Assembly (NCBI GenBank): GCA_963765205.1
Contig: CAVXVB010000009.1
Location: forward strand, 256,001 to 320,000
DNA: 64,000 nucleotides
DNA from: an uncultured Verrucomicrobiae bacterium
GTDB taxonomy: Bacteria > Verrucomicrobiota > Verrucomicrobiia > Opitutales > JABDGR01
Direction: 5' to 3'
The translations under genes and the position numbers were made by a program. This document shows positions 18,485 to 30,759 of the stretch, in pieces. The notes below the pieces were generated by a model. It made no database searches, had not been told where the DNA came from, and worked only from the letters and a program-made list of their open reading frames with translations. Position 1 is the stretch's first letter. Every line of letters begins with the position of its first letter.

Positions 18485-19598
18485 ATGAAGCCCTTTGTGC
18501 CACCACCTTTGCCCTGGCCCGATCTGAATTGGGAGCCGCTGATCCCCGCCATGGGTCGGGCGAACCGCGCCTTGGCGCAATTCAACGGCAGCCTGCACGG
18601 CGTGCCCAACCCCGCCATCATGCTTTCGCCGCTGGCCACGCAGGAGGCCGTGCTTTCCTCCAAGATCGAGGGCACGCAGGCCTCGCTAGATGACGTGCTG
18701 AAATTTGAAGCGGGCGACAAACCGGCCAATGAATCGCTCGGGGACGACGTGCAGGAGGTTCTCAACTACCGCCGGGCCTTGCGGGAGGGCGTAAACGCCA
18801 TGAAAAAGCGGCCCTTCAACCTCAACCTGCTCAAGGAATTGCACGCGACCCTGCTGGCGGGGGGTGCGGGGCAACGACAAGGCGCGGGGACGTTTCCGGC
18901 CGGTGCAAAACTGGATCGGCCGGCCCGGCATGCCGATGGCCCGGGCGTCCTTTGTACCGCCGGCGCCCGAGCGGGTGCTGGAATGCATGGACGCCTGGGA
19001 AAAGTTTTATCACGCCGACAGCCCGGACCCGCTGGTGCAACTGGCGATGGTGCATGCGCAATTTGAACTTATCCATCCCTTCCTCGACGGGAATGGCCGC
19101 CTGGGGCGCATCCTCATCCCCTTGTTTCTGACCGAGAAGGGAGTGCTGGAGCAGCCCATGTTCTATCTATCCGCATATTTGGAGCGGAAGCGGGATGTTT
19201 ACATGGAGCGGCTGCGCGAATTAAGCCACCGACCCGACGGCTATGCCCGCTGGATCGAGTTCTTTCTCGAAGCGGTGGCCGAGCAGGCCGCCACCAATAC
19301 GCGGACGGCGCGAAGCATCGGGGAGCTTTACCAGGCCAAAAAAGTCCAGGTGGTGGAATTGACGCGCTCGCCCTGGGCGGTGGCCGTGCTGGATCATTTT
19401 TTTCAGCAGCCGGTGTTTTCCGCCTCGGCATTGGCTCGGAAGAAACACGGCCCAAGCCGGCAAACGCTGACGATCCTGCTGGCGAAGCTGAAAAAGGCGG
19501 GAATCCTGAAAACCGTGCATCCGGCCCGGGGCCGCCGCGCGGAGGTGCTGGCGTTTGCGGATTTGATCAACCTTTGCGAGGGGCGCGGGGTGGTTTAG
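18485..19598 (+). pseudogene. Fic family protein with C-terminal HTH, frameshifted at a G6 run (18859-18864)
   Basis: EAVLSSKIEGTQ in frame 1; HAQFELIHPFLDGNGRLGR in frame 2; deleting one G joins them (LLAGVRGNDK). Confidence 0.85.
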
Positions 19599-19695
19599 GT
19601 ATTGAGGAAATCTGCGTCCAGTTGCGCTGAGTCGCAAGGTAGATCGTTACATTCAGAATTCTTCGGGGCGGCCCTTGTGGATGGAAATGTCTTTA

Positions 19696-20190
19696 TCAAC
19701 GCTCAAAATGATCAGTAAAAAATACCCAGAGAGGATAAAAGAATGCAGAGCAAAGTAATGGGAAAAAAACTGAGGTGAATATGCTCGGATAGACCTGATT
19801 GTTATTTTGATACGAGTCATCCGGATCATCTGGATTATAAAGGACGCCTAATTGTTCCGGCGTGAGATTTGGCTTTCCAAGATAACCGACACATTTCTTA
19901 CAGCGATAAAATTGCCTGTTTTTAGCGGTAAAGGCAATTATCGGGTAATTGGCACCGTTCCTGCCTGATGGTGAGAGTCTAAATTCCCAACCATTTAAAT
20001 CCCCTTGCGCCATGAGTGCTTTGGCACGCCACTGCTGGAAACGCACAAGCGATCGAACGCCCGCACCCATCAATAGCACAGGAATCGAGACAACCAAAAC
20101 GGCGACAACGTCGTAGAGCAAATGGACATGCGTTTTCGGTGGCAACAATGCAGCCAATGTAAAGGAAAGCGATGGGAGCGGCGTCTTCAT
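19696..20190 (-). CDS. Membrane protein, DUF3592-like
   Basis: TM, YPIIAF..., VLYNPDDPD, TM; AT-rich. Confidence 0.55.
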   Translation of the reverse strand: MKTPLPSLSFTLAALLPPKTHVHLLYDVVAVLVVSIPVLLMGAGVRSLVRFQQWRAKALMAQGDLNGWEFRLSPSGRNGANYPIIAFTAKNRQFYRCKKCVGYLGKPNLTPEQLGVLYNPDDPDDSYQNNNQVYPSIFTSVFFPLLCSAFFYPLWVFFTDHFER

Positions 20191-20273
20191 TGAAGCAAGG
20201 TCACTTTCAATGCGAGTATTATTAAGGAGAAGGAATTACTTCTTCGAGAAGAAAATCAAGAATCCAGCGATAC

Positions 20274-20304
20274 AACTTGAAGTCACAATTTGTGACTTCA
20301 AGTT
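20274..20304. repeat. 31-bp palindrome with perfect 15-bp arms
   Basis: AACTTGAAGTCACAA-T-TTGTGACTTCAAGTT. Confidence 0.85.
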
Positions 20305-20338
20305 TGGAACATGTTGATATCTAAGCTCTTTCCGTGAA

Positions 20339-20366
20339 GCGGACGGCTCGGAGAGCCGTCCCTACC
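20339..20366 (-). repeat. GTAG-type REP element
   Basis: Reverse complement GGTAGGGACGGCTCTCCGAGCCGTCCGC; 27/28 identical to 58014-58041. Confidence 0.8.
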
Positions 20367-20411
20367 GATTTTCCAACCTTTGCGTTCTTTGCGCCTTGGC
20401 GGTGAACCGGC

Positions 20412-21839
<1,428 letters not shown>

Positions 21840-21928
21840 GAGAAAAGGATGAAGGATGAGGGATGAAAGATGAGGAAATTAAACCACGGAGGACACGGAG
21901 GGCACGGAGCGCGAGACCGACCAGCATA

Positions 21929-23098
21929 TTACTTGGCCGATTTGAGGAGGGCATCCACTTTATCTATTTCTTCCCAGGCGAGGCCGGATTTGCCGAAGTG
22001 GCCGTAGTTGGTGGTGGTGCGGTAGATCGGGCGGAGGAGGTCGAGCTGGCGCACGATGTCGGCGGGCTTGAAGGAAAAGACTTCGTTGATCGCGGCGATA
22101 ATGCGGCGCTCGGGCACGGCGTGGGTGCCGAAAGTGTCCACATGGATGCTCGTGGGGCGGGGATGGCCGATGGCGTAGGCGATTTGCAGTTCGCACTTGG
22201 TCGCGAGTTTCGCGGCGACGACGTTTTTAGCGACCCAGCGGCACATGTAGGCGGCGGAGCGGTCCACTTTCGAGGGGTCTTTGCCGGAGAAGGCGCCGCC
22301 GCCGTGGCGCGCCCAGCCGCCGTAGCTGTCCACAATGATTTTACGGCCGGTTAAGCCGGAGTCGCCCTGCGGGCCGCCGACGACGAATTTGCCGGTGGGG
22401 TTGATGAGGAATTCGGTGCGCGCGGTGAGCAGGCGCTTGGGGAGGACTTTCTTGACGACGTTCTCGACGCAGAATTGTTCGATGGTGCGGTGCTCGGCGC
22501 TGGCGGCGTGCTGGGTAGAGATGACGACGTTGGTGATGGCGACGGGTTTGTGATTCACGTATTCGACGGCGACTTGGGACTTGCAGTCGGGGCGCAGCCA
22601 GGGCGCGAGGCCGGTGCGTTTCCGGATGCGGGCGAGTTCGCGGTTGAGGCGGTGGGCGAACATCACGGGGGCGGGCATGAGTTCGGGCGTGTCGTTGCAG
22701 GCGTAGCCGAACATGATGCCTTGGTCGCCGGCGCCTTGCTCGGCGGTTTTCTTGCCCTTGGCCTTGCGCGCGTCCACGCCCTGGGCGATGTCGGGGGACT
22801 GGCGGGTGAGGGCGTTGGTGATGAAGACCTGGTCGGCGTGAAAAACGTCGTCGGTGTTGACGTAGCCGATTTCCTGGATGGCGTCGCGCACGATGCGCTC
22901 ATAGTTGAGGCGGGCCTTGGTGGTGATCTCGCCGGCGAGGAAGACGCAGTTGCTCTTGACCATGGTCTCGCAGGCGACGCGGCTGCGCGGGTCCTGTTCG
23001 AGGCAGGCGTCGAGGACGCTGTCGGAGATGAAGTCGGCGACTTTGTCCGGATGGCCTTCGCCAACGGACTCGGACGAGAAGATGAAGCGGTCAGGCAT
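21929..23098 (-). CDS. metK: S-adenosylmethionine synthetase
   Basis: [43 protein letters not shown]. Confidence 0.97.
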   Translation of the reverse strand: MPDRFIFSSESVGEGHPDKVADFISDSVLDACLEQDPRSRVACETMVKSNCVFLAGEITTKARLNYERIVRDAIQEIGYVNTDDVFHADQVFITNALTRQSPDIAQGVDARKAKGKKTAEQGAGDQGIMFGYACNDTPELMPAPVMFAHRLNRELARIRKRTGLAPWLRPDCKSQVAVEYVNHKPVAITNVVISTQHAASAEHRTIEQFCVENVVKKVLPKRLLTARTEFLINPTGKFVVGGPQGDSGLTGRKIIVDSYGGWARHGGGAFSGKDPSKVDRSAAYMCRWVAKNVVAAKLATKCELQIAYAIGHPRPTSIHVDTFGTHAVPERRIIAAINEVFSFKPADIVRQLDLLRPIYRTTTNYGHFGKSGLAWEEIDKVDALLKSAK

Positions 23099-23110
23099 AA
23101 GAAGGGAGGG

Positions 23111-23175
23111 ACGTTAGCGGGGGCGGGGGCGGGAGGCAAGCGTGTATATCAACGCATCGGGATGGATTGATGCGT
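23111..23175 (-). promoter_or_regulatory. metK-ahcY promoter with overlapping ATC-N10-GAT palindromes (SahR-like operator candidate)
   Basis: TTGCCT-17-TAACGT on the minus strand; ATATC-N10-GATGG (23146-23165) and ACGCATC-N10-GATGCGT (23152-23175). Confidence 0.45.
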
Positions 23176-23193
23176 GGGGGCGGTAGAGGGCGA

Positions 23194-24201
23194 CTACACC
23201 TCGCGACCATGAATCCAACTGCAGGCGAGAGGCGGTTTGGGCGCGTGTTTTTTAGCGGAGGCTTCGGCGATTTTGGCGAGGCGCTGGCCGAGGGTGCAGA
23301 GGAATTCCTGGGCGGCGGCGGCGGGGCCGGCGACGGGGAGGCTGGCGACTTCCCAGTTGGCGAGGAGGTGGTCGAGAATGGCGATGTAATCCTGCACGGT
23401 GTAAACGCCGAGGCGCTGCGCGACGGTGGCGAACTGGTCAAAGAGGTCGGGGTTTTTGCCGTCGGTCATCAGGCGGCCGGGCATGGCGATGACGCGGCGC
23501 ATCATGTCGCGAAAGACGACGAGGGCCGTTTCGGGGTCGCGTTTCATGACCTCGCCCATCATGCGAGTGTAGAAGAGCTCGTGGCGGGATTCGTCGCCGG
23601 CGATTTTGCGGCAGATGCGGGCGAGATTTTCATCGCCGTTGGTGGTGGCGAGGCGGCCGACATTGGCGTGGGAGATTTTGGTGGCGCGTTCCTGGAAGGA
23701 GGTGTAAACGAGGCCGGCGTAGGGGTCGCTTTGGATGCGGGGGCTGAAACCGTCGGCAATGAGGTGCTGGACGGTGACTTCGACGGCGCGCATGTCCACC
23801 CGGCCGGTGAGGCGCAGGAAGGCGTTGAGGAGGTCGCCGTGGCGGTTTTCCTCGGCGACCCAGCCGCGCATCCATTTGGCCCAGGGTTCGGAACTGGCGC
23901 CTTCGTAATCCTCGGCAATGTAATTGAGCGAGATGGCGTAGTTGGGGAGGGCTTCCTCGGTGACCATGTCGCCGACGAGGACGACGAGGACTTCGTCGGT
24001 GAGCTGGCGGGCGGGTTCGCGATAGGCGGCGATTTGCTCGCGCCAGTCGTCGTGGGTCAAATCGGGCAGGTAATCGGTGGGCTGCCAGGCTTGATCAACC
24101 GGGAGCAGGAGGGAGAGATTTTCCGCGACGACATCATGCAGACTGCGCAAAAGCTCAATCTGCGGGAGCGCATGAGCGACCTCGGCGGGCGACTGGGGCA
24201 T
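23194..24201 (-). CDS. Acyl-ACP desaturase (soluble di-iron, plant/DesA1 type)
   Basis: WQPTDYLP, GDMVTEEALP.Y, WVAEENRHG, YTSFQERAT..SH, DESRHE. Confidence 0.9.
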   Translation of the reverse strand: MPQSPAEVAHALPQIELLRSLHDVVAENLSLLLPVDQAWQPTDYLPDLTHDDWREQIAAYREPARQLTDEVLVVLVGDMVTEEALPNYAISLNYIAEDYEGASSEPWAKWMRGWVAEENRHGDLLNAFLRLTGRVDMRAVEVTVQHLIADGFSPRIQSDPYAGLVYTSFQERATKISHANVGRLATTNGDENLARICRKIAGDESRHELFYTRMMGEVMKRDPETALVVFRDMMRRVIAMPGRLMTDGKNPDLFDQFATVAQRLGVYTVQDYIAILDHLLANWEVASLPVAGPAAAAQEFLCTLGQRLAKIAEASAKKHAPKPPLACSWIHGREV

Positions 24202-24348
24202 CCGGCACAGTGGGCGCTTTCGAGGGAGACTGGCAAGACAATAGCAGGCGGCGCGGGCAAATGTAACCTGGACGATACGGGTTTATCATCAGGCAAATCG
24301 GGGAAGCATTCGCTTTTTTCAGCGGGATGGGCGATCGGGTCTGGCCCG

Positions 24349-25758
24349 TTAAGGCACGCCAAGAATTTTGCCTGTTTGGTCAATATAGCCCCATTTTCCA
24401 CCGTGTTGAACCATGGCGACGCCGTCGTGAAAATCATCGGCGGCATCCCATTGAGGCGCGCTGATTATTTTGCCGGCGGTGTTAATAAAGCCCCATTGAT
24501 ACCCGTGTTGCACACAGGCGAAGCCACCGGAAAAGTCATGCGCGTCATCCCATTGGGGCGTGCTGACGATTTTACCGCCTTTATCAATGAAGCCCCATTT
24601 TTCGCCGCGTTTAACGCGGGCGAGACCCGCGGAAAAGTTTGCGGCATCATCCCACTGCGGGGCGATGATGACTTGACCGGTATGGTCAATATACCCCCAT
24701 TGGCCGGGTTGCGCCGGCGAAAGAACGGCCGTCAACCCCTCGGAAAAATCGTGGGCGTCCGCCCACTGAGGCGCGACCACCACCCGGCCCGTTTGGTCAA
24801 GGACCCCCCATTTTCCATTATCGGCGGGTCCACGCATAACCACGGCGAGACCCTCATGAAAATCCTTGAGGAGATCCCACTGCGGTTCAACCACCACGCG
24901 GCCGGTTTGGTCAATAAAGCCCCAAAGTTTGCCGCGCGCCACCCTGGCGAAGCCGTTGGCAAACACACCCACGCCATCCCACTGTGGCGGCACGACCACA
25001 TGGGCGGATGGGTCAATGAAACCCCATTTTCCGCCCTGCTCGACCATGCCTAATCCTGCGCTGAGGCCGACCATAAAGTCGTTTTCCCATTGCGGTTCGA
25101 CCACCACCCGACCGGTCTGGTCAATAAAGCCCCATTTGCCGTCGCGTTTAACCTGGGCGCAGCCCTTGGAAAAGTTAAAGGCATCATCCCATTGCGGATC
25201 GCTGACGATTTTGCCGGTTTGATCAATGAAGCCTCGTTGGTCTCCGCGCCACACCTCGGCCAGACCTTCGGAAAAGTCCCCGATAAAATCCCACTGCGGT
25301 TCGATGATGATCCGGCCGGTTTGGTCCAGCAGGCCCCATTTTCCGTCGCGCTTGACCGCCGCGAGGCCGTCGGGGAAGAATCCGATAACCATTTCCCATT
25401 GCGGTTCAATGACCACTTTTCCGGTTTGGTCAATAAAGCCCCATTTTTTTCCGCGCTTGACCGGGAAGTAACCGGCGGAAAAACCGGAGACGGCATCCCA
25501 TTGCGGCGCGCAGATGACTTTGCCGGTGATATCAATAATGCCCCACTGGTGACTGCGCTCGACCGGGGAGTAACCATCGTTGAAGCCGCCGACGGCATCC
25601 CAAGGCAAATCCCCCGGCGACAGGGTTGCCGGAGTGGAAGATGAAGCCACCGGCGCATGCGGAAGCTCGCAAGCGCCCAGCAAAAGCAATGCAACCCAGG
25701 CCGATGAACGGCCTGGCGCCAGCTTCTGTCGCGGCGAGAATCTGGAAACAGGGGCCAT
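24349..25758 (-). CDS. WG-repeat (KWG-like) lipoprotein
   Basis: Lipobox LLLGAC; about 11 repeats of about 37 aa (F.EGLA.V...GKWGFIDQTGKVV..PQWD). Confidence 0.88.
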   Translation of the reverse strand: MAPVSRFSPRQKLAPGRSSAWVALLLLGACELPHAPVASSSTPATLSPGDLPWDAVGGFNDGYSPVERSHQWGIIDITGKVICAPQWDAVSGFSAGYFPVKRGKKWGFIDQTGKVVIEPQWEMVIGFFPDGLAAVKRDGKWGLLDQTGRIIIEPQWDFIGDFSEGLAEVWRGDQRGFIDQTGKIVSDPQWDDAFNFSKGCAQVKRDGKWGFIDQTGRVVVEPQWENDFMVGLSAGLGMVEQGGKWGFIDPSAHVVVPPQWDGVGVFANGFARVARGKLWGFIDQTGRVVVEPQWDLLKDFHEGLAVVMRGPADNGKWGVLDQTGRVVVAPQWADAHDFSEGLTAVLSPAQPGQWGYIDHTGQVIIAPQWDDAANFSAGLARVKRGEKWGFIDKGGKIVSTPQWDDAHDFSGGFACVQHGYQWGFINTAGKIISAPQWDAADDFHDGVAMVQHGGKWGYIDQTGKILGVP

Positions 25759-25817
25759 GTTGGGCCTGGGGGAAATTTGCCAGTGGATACGGCGATCGAA
25801 GAGTCTCCGTCAGCAAC

Positions 25818-26369
25818 TTACTTTTTCGGAGGAAACAGCGGTTTGGTGGGGCTTTTGACGGCGGATTTGGCGGCTTCGGTTTTCAATTGCTCGAGTTTTT
25901 CCATCGCGCCTTGGAAGGAGCGCGCCGAAGTGACATACCAGAGGAGGTTTTTGCCGGGGTATTGTTCTTGCCAGAATTTTTGCGCGGGCGGCGTCGGAAA
26001 GACGGCGGTGGCGAGCAGGATAAAGTCTTCCACGAGGTCGAAGGGGACGGTCCAGGTGGCCCAGCAGGCGGCGCAGTCGGGGTGCAAGTCGGCGAACTTG
26101 CGGAACTGGCAGGCGTGGAGGTCAATCAGGCCCAGGCCGGATTTTTCGACGAGGGCTTCGAGGTAGGCGTCTTCGTTGAGGACTTGCAGCTCGAAGAGGA
26201 GAATGTGGAGGATGCTGGCGCGGCGCACGTCGCCCTGTTCGATGTTTTGGACGAGTTTTTCGTTGGCGGCGTCGAGTTGCTCCGGGGTGATGATTTGTTT
26301 CTCGAGCAGCAGCAAGCCGAGCGCGCGGTTGCCGCGGACAATGAGGGGGCGATGCTGCTGGAGGGACAT
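25818..26369 (-). CDS. Stand-alone MshEN/T2SSE-N-like domain protein
   Basis: RALGLLLLEKQIITPEQLDAA resembles the MshEN RLGxxL..I...QL..AL motif; no ATPase domain. Confidence 0.55.
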   Translation of the reverse strand: MSLQQHRPLIVRGNRALGLLLLEKQIITPEQLDAANEKLVQNIEQGDVRRASILHILLFELQVLNEDAYLEALVEKSGLGLIDLHACQFRKFADLHPDCAACWATWTVPFDLVEDFILLATAVFPTPPAQKFWQEQYPGKNLLWYVTSARSFQGAMEKLEQLKTEAAKSAVKSPTKPLFPPKK

Positions 26370-26642
26370 GGGAGCGGGAGGAGAAGTTAGGAGCTAGAAG
26401 CTAGAAGTTAGAAGCCAAGCAGGCGGAAGGGAGGAGTGAAGAAACAGAAAACAGGAGTCAGGAGACAGACGCGGAATGAAAACGGGTGAAGGAGAACTTA
26501 GTTTGGCAACTGGGTGAAGTAAACGGCAAAAGGGGGTGTTGGGTTCCCTCGTCCGTGCAGGGCTAAAGAAGGCCAGGCATAATCCGCAGAACGATATCGA
26601 AAAAGGATTGCGTCTGTATAAATACTATAATAAGCAATTCAA

Positions 26643-26921
26643 ATGAGAATCACGATGACCATTTCCGACCCGCTGCACCATAGCGCAATGAAAATAGCCC
26701 GAAGGGATAAAACAACTTTGAGTGCGCTGGTAAATGAGGGTCTCGCCGCACGATTGCGGCAGCTTGCCTTGGAGGAAGGCTACTCTTCCGAATACTCCTC
26801 GCCTTCGCCGGCGAAGGGCGGGCGGGAGATGCGGCGGGCGTCGCGGGGGAAACAAATGCGGGAGACGGCGGCGTCGAAGTCATGGTCGCCGCTGAGGATT
26901 TCGATTTCAAGGCGCAAATAA
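26643..26921 (+). CDS. Ribbon-helix-helix (CopG/VapB-like) antitoxin, orphan or truncated
   Basis: [11 protein letters not shown]....K..A.....[14 protein letters not shown]; runs into the lpxK 3' end; no toxin gene follows. Confidence 0.5.
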   Translation: MRITMTISDPLHHSAMKIARRDKTTLSALVNEGLAARLRQLALEEGYSSEYSSPSPAKGGREMRRASRGKQMRETAASKSWSPLRISISRRK

Positions 26922-28030
26922 TAGAGGGGCGCGGGGGCCACGAGGTCGGGTGCGAGGCGGACGGCGTCCTTTTCCGTGGTGACGATCATTTCGGCGTGGG
27001 CGGCGGCGGCGCGGGTGAAGAAGCGCTCCATTTCCTCGGGGGTGAAGCGGTGGTGGTCGAGGTAGCGTTTGCGGTGGCAGATTTCCGCGCCGAGCTCGCG
27101 CAGCAGGTTCTCGAAACTTTCGGGGGTGGCGATGCCGCAAAAGGCGGCGACGCGGCGGCCGCGCAGGTCTTCCAGTGGCCGGCGCCCGACATGGTTGATG
27201 GATTGCAGGTATTTGGGCCGGTGGGCGCACTCGATGACTTCAACTTCCGGGTGGTGGCGGGAGATGGTGGCGCGCAGTTCGTCGTCGGGTTGGCCGTCGG
27301 ACTTGGTGATGAAGACATAGGAGGCGCGGCGCAGGTGCTTGACCGGCTCGCGGAGGATGCCGCGGGGGAGGAGGTGGTGGTTGCCGAAGGGGTTGGTCTT
27401 GTCCACGAGCAGCAGGTTGAACTGGCCGCGCAGCGAGAGGTATTGGAAGCCGTCGTCGAGCAGGAGGATGTCGGCGCCGAATTTTTTGATGGCGTATTGG
27501 CCCGCCTTGACGCGGTTTTTGTCCACGAGCACGACGACGCCGGGGAGGTTGCGGGCGAGCATAAAGGGTTCGTCGCCGGCCTCGGCGGAATCGAGCAGAA
27601 CCTGGTTGCCGTCGCTGACGACCTTGGGCGGGGGGTCTTCGCCGTGGGTGAGCCAGCGCCACGCGCGGCGGTAGAACGGTTCGGCGCGGCTTTTGTAACC
27701 GCGGCTGAGGATGGCGACGTGGCGGCCGCGCAGGGCGAGGGAGCGGGCGAATTTTTCGACAATCGGGGTTTTGCCGGTGCCGCCGACGGTGAGGTTGCCG
27801 ACGACGACGACCGGGACGCCGAGGGGCTGGTTGCGCAGGATGATGCGCTGCTCATAGAGCCAGCAGCGCGCGCGGATGATCACGTCGTAAACGCCCGACA
27901 GCGCAAGCATGACCCCGCTGTAGAGCGTGACGCCCGGGCCTTCGCCCTGCCGGTCATACACCACGTCCACGGTGAATTCCTCGAATTGCCGCGCGCGCAC
28001 GGCCAGGCGTTTCATCCAGCGGGAGGACAT
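26780..28030 (-). CDS. lpxK: Tetraacyldisaccharide 4'-kinase
   Basis: [47 protein letters not shown]. Confidence 0.95.
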   Translation of the reverse strand: MSSRWMKRLAVRARQFEEFTVDVVYDRQGEGPGVTLYSGVMLALSGVYDVIIRARCWLYEQRIILRNQPLGVPVVVVGNLTVGGTGKTPIVEKFARSLALRGRHVAILSRGYKSRAEPFYRRAWRWLTHGEDPPPKVVSDGNQVLLDSAEAGDEPFMLARNLPGVVVLVDKNRVKAGQYAIKKFGADILLLDDGFQYLSLRGQFNLLLVDKTNPFGNHHLLPRGILREPVKHLRRASYVFITKSDGQPDDELRATISRHHPEVEVIECAHRPKYLQSINHVGRRPLEDLRGRRVAAFCGIATPESFENLLRELGAEICHRKRYLDHHRFTPEEMERFFTRAAAAHAEMIVTTEKDAVRLAPDLVAPAPLYYLRLEIEILSGDHDFDAAVSRICFPRDARRISRPPFAGEGEEYSEE

Positions 28031-28163
28031 GGTTGGTTAATCAGCGGAAAAGGCGGGAGGTTTCAATCGGGAGTTGACGGCGCGGGCGCGACGCGCAACA
28101 TTCAACCTTTTGGGCGCCGCGTGCACCCATTCTCAACGATTCAACGTCACTTATCCAGCGGAA

Positions 28164-28526
28164 ATGCAAGTCCACCTCCTGCGGTCAAAAATCCTCCGGG
28201 CCGAAGTCACCGACGCGCGCCTCGAATACGAAGGCAGCCTGGCCATTGACGCGGCCCTGCTGGCCCGCGTGGGCATTTTGCCACACGAGAAGGTGCTGGT
28301 CGGCAACCTCGCCAACGGCAACCGGTTTGAGACTTACGCGATTGCCGCGCCGGCGGGGTCGCTGACGATCTGCCTGAACGGGGCGGCGGCGCATCTGGGC
28401 AAAAAGGGCGACTTGCTGGTCATCATGACGTTCGCGCTGATGACCGAGGAGGAGGCCAAGATTTGGAAACCGCGCACCATCGTGCTGGCCGACGGCAACC
28501 GGAAAATCGTCAAGGAATCGCTTTAA
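28164..28526 (+). CDS. panD: Aspartate 1-decarboxylase proenzyme
   Basis: YEG|SLAID cleavage site; [17 protein letters not shown]. Confidence 0.92.
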   Translation: MQVHLLRSKILRAEVTDARLEYEGSLAIDAALLARVGILPHEKVLVGNLANGNRFETYAIAAPAGSLTICLNGAAAHLGKKGDLLVIMTFALMTEEEAKIWKPRTIVLADGNRKIVKESL

Positions 28527-28662
28527 GGCGAAAATTTGGGATAGACTTGGCGGGGGTTTGTGGAGTTAGCTAAATGTCCCCCTGGGCCGCGACTGCATTC
28601 GAGTGATGTGGACGGCCACCCCCCCCATCCGATTTTTTGCGCCCGGCGCACGAAAGTATTTC

Positions 28663-30729
28663 ATGAACGGCATCCACCCCATTGATATCCTGATTGTGGT
28701 CGGTTACCTCGTGCTTGTGATTATGCTGGGCCAGGTGGCGTCGAAGGCGGCAAAAACCCAGGAAGGGTTTTTCCTGGCGGGGCGGAAGATGGGCAAGCTC
28801 TACCAGTTCTTCATGAACTTTGGGAACTCGACGGAGCCGCAGGGGGCGGTGACGACCGCGAGCCTGGTCTATGCCAACGGCGCGTCGAAATCGTGGCTCA
28901 CTTTTCAAACGATTTTCATCAGCCCGTTTTACTGGTTCGTCTATGTGTGGTTCCGGCGCGTGCGTCTGACGACGGTGGCGGATTTGTTCGAGGATCGCTT
29001 CAACAGCAAGTGGCTGGCGCGGGTTTACTCGATTTATCAAATTGGCGTGGCGATTCTACTCATTGCGGTTGGCAACCTGACGGCTTACTCGACCACGGCG
29101 TCGCTGGTGCTGAAGCCGCAGGCGAACTGGACGGCGGCAGAGCGGGCGTCGGTGGACGGCTACTCGATGCTGGTGCAACTGAACAAGCAGGCGGCCGCCG
29201 GGCCGTTGTCGCCGACCGACAAAACGCAATATGACAAGCTGCGCGATTTGAGCAACACGCACCAATTGCACAGCTATATTTCTTACCTGGATCCCGTCTG
29301 GGCGAAATGGACGTTCTATTTTGTGTTCACGGCGGTGGTGGGGGCCTACATGGTGATGGGGGGGATGAAAGGCGCGGCGATGAACAACGCGCTGCAAGGG
29401 TTGTTGGTGGTCGCCTTTTCCGTGTTGCTGGTGCCGGTGGGCTTGCACGCCATCGGCGGCTGGCATCAACTGGCACTCAAGGTCTCGCCGGACAAGTTTC
29501 AACTGGTCGGGGCCAGTGCGAACGGGCAATACGGATTTTGGTATATTGTGGCGTTCACCTGGGCGAGCCTCGTCCAGATTTTGGGCCTGAGCGCGAACAT
29601 GGGCATCCTCGGTTCGGCCACGAATGAATACGCGGCGCGGTTTGGCGGCGTCTCGGGCACCTATGCGAAGCGGCTGCTGATCATTCTTTGGGCGTTCACG
29701 GGCCTGATCGGCGCGGCGCTGTTTGCCGGGCGCGACGCCCTGTCCCAACCCGACATGCTCTGGGGCGCGATGTCGAACCAACTACTGGGGGCCGAACACG
29801 CGGTGCCGGGGTTGATTGGGCTGATGCTGGCGGGGGTGCTGGCGGGCACGATGGGCATTCTGGCCGCGAAGGCGGTGGCGATTTCCTCGCTGTTTGTGCG
29901 CAACATTTACCGGCATATCTGGCCGGAGGTGCCAGAGGCGCAGGCGGTGCGCACCGCCCGCTGGGCGATTGTCGGCGTGCTGGTGCTGGGCCTGGGCGCG
30001 CCGCTGTTACTCACTAATCTCGAACAAGGCATCAAGCTGATTATTGATGTGAATATTCCGTTCGGCGCGGCCATCATGCTTATCTATTGCTGGCGCCGGT
30101 TGACGCCCGCCGCGGTGTGGATCGCTGTGGCCCTCTCGGTGGTGATCAACATTATCGTGCCGAACTGCAATATGATCGCGCCGGCCAATTTCCCCCTGGT
30201 GTCCAATCTGGACCATGCGCCCTCGCTGCTGGGCGCCGATGCCTCGGGTCATGGCGTGTTCTTCGACGCGGTCGTGCATACCGATCCGAACGATCAGACG
30301 AGCGCCCTGGTGGGCACGGGCCGGTTCAACTTTGAGTGTTTTATCCTGAGCAAATTTGGCCTGCAACCCGCGACGCTGAGCGCCACCGGACGCGACGCGG
30401 CCCGCTATTTCTTCGACGGCATTTTTCCGTTTGTCGTGCTGGTGCTGGTCAGCTACTTCACCCAGGGCACTGACCGCGCACGGGTGGATTTATTCTACGG
30501 CAAGATGAAAACCCCCATTGCAGGCAACGCGGAACTCGATCTCGCTGCCATGGAGGAAACCCGCAAAAATCCGGGGCGGTTTGACCACCTCAAACTCCTG
30601 CCGGGCACGCAATGGGAATTCCTGAAATGGGACCGGGTGGACGCCATCGGGTTTATTTCTTGCCTGGCCACGTCGGGCGCGATTATCGGGTTGTTTGTGC
30701 TGCTGCTGCATATCGCCGCCGCCGGCTGA
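28663..30729 (+). CDS. Sodium:solute symporter family protein (probable sugar/rhamnose uptake)
   Basis: GFFLAGRKMGK; RR.RLTTVADLFEDRF; multiple TM helices; upstream of rhamnose genes. Confidence 0.8.
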   Translation: MNGIHPIDILIVVGYLVLVIMLGQVASKAAKTQEGFFLAGRKMGKLYQFFMNFGNSTEPQGAVTTASLVYANGASKSWLTFQTIFISPFYWFVYVWFRRVRLTTVADLFEDRFNSKWLARVYSIYQIGVAILLIAVGNLTAYSTTASLVLKPQANWTAAERASVDGYSMLVQLNKQAAAGPLSPTDKTQYDKLRDLSNTHQLHSYISYLDPVWAKWTFYFVFTAVVGAYMVMGGMKGAAMNNALQGLLVVAFSVLLVPVGLHAIGGWHQLALKVSPDKFQLVGASANGQYGFWYIVAFTWASLVQILGLSANMGILGSATNEYAARFGGVSGTYAKRLLIILWAFTGLIGAALFAGRDALSQPDMLWGAMSNQLLGAEHAVPGLIGLMLAGVLAGTMGILAAKAVAISSLFVRNIYRHIWPEVPEAQAVRTARWAIVGVLVLGLGAPLLLTNLEQGIKLIIDVNIPFGAAIMLIYCWRRLTPAAVWIAVALSVVINIIVPNCNMIAPANFPLVSNLDHAPSLLGADASGHGVFFDAVVHTDPNDQTSALVGTGRFNFECFILSKFGLQPATLSATGRDAARYFFDGIFPFVVLVLVSYFTQGTDRARVDLFYGKMKTPIAGNAELDLAAMEETRKNPGRFDHLKLLPGTQWEFLKWDRVDAIGFISCLATSGAIIGLFVLLLHIAAAG

Positions 30730-30759
30730 TTTTTTTCAATTTTAACCCCGCTGTTTGCC

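Noticed and set aside
23099..23193. SAM riboswitch upstream of metK
   Set aside because: The intergenic region is under 100 nt, the promoter is adjacent to the start, and no SAM-I or SAM-II core was seen
24349..25620. About 111-bp periodic DNA repeats (GTCAATAAAGCCCCATTT...) resembling a CRISPR array
   Set aside because: The period is a multiple of 3, the units are degenerate at wobble positions and they encode WG repeats of a lipoprotein; no cas genes are present
26500..26600. c-di-GMP-I riboswitch-like fragments (GGCAAA...GGGCTAAAG) near the MshEN-like gene
   Set aside because: Lacks the GACGCAAAGC junction and GNRA stem, and is on the opposite strand to that gene
28164..28526. PanD has KILR where KxHR is usual (His11 replaced by Leu)
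   Set aside because: Lys9, the Gly-Ser cleavage site and Tyr58 are retained; a single substitution is too little to claim altered function
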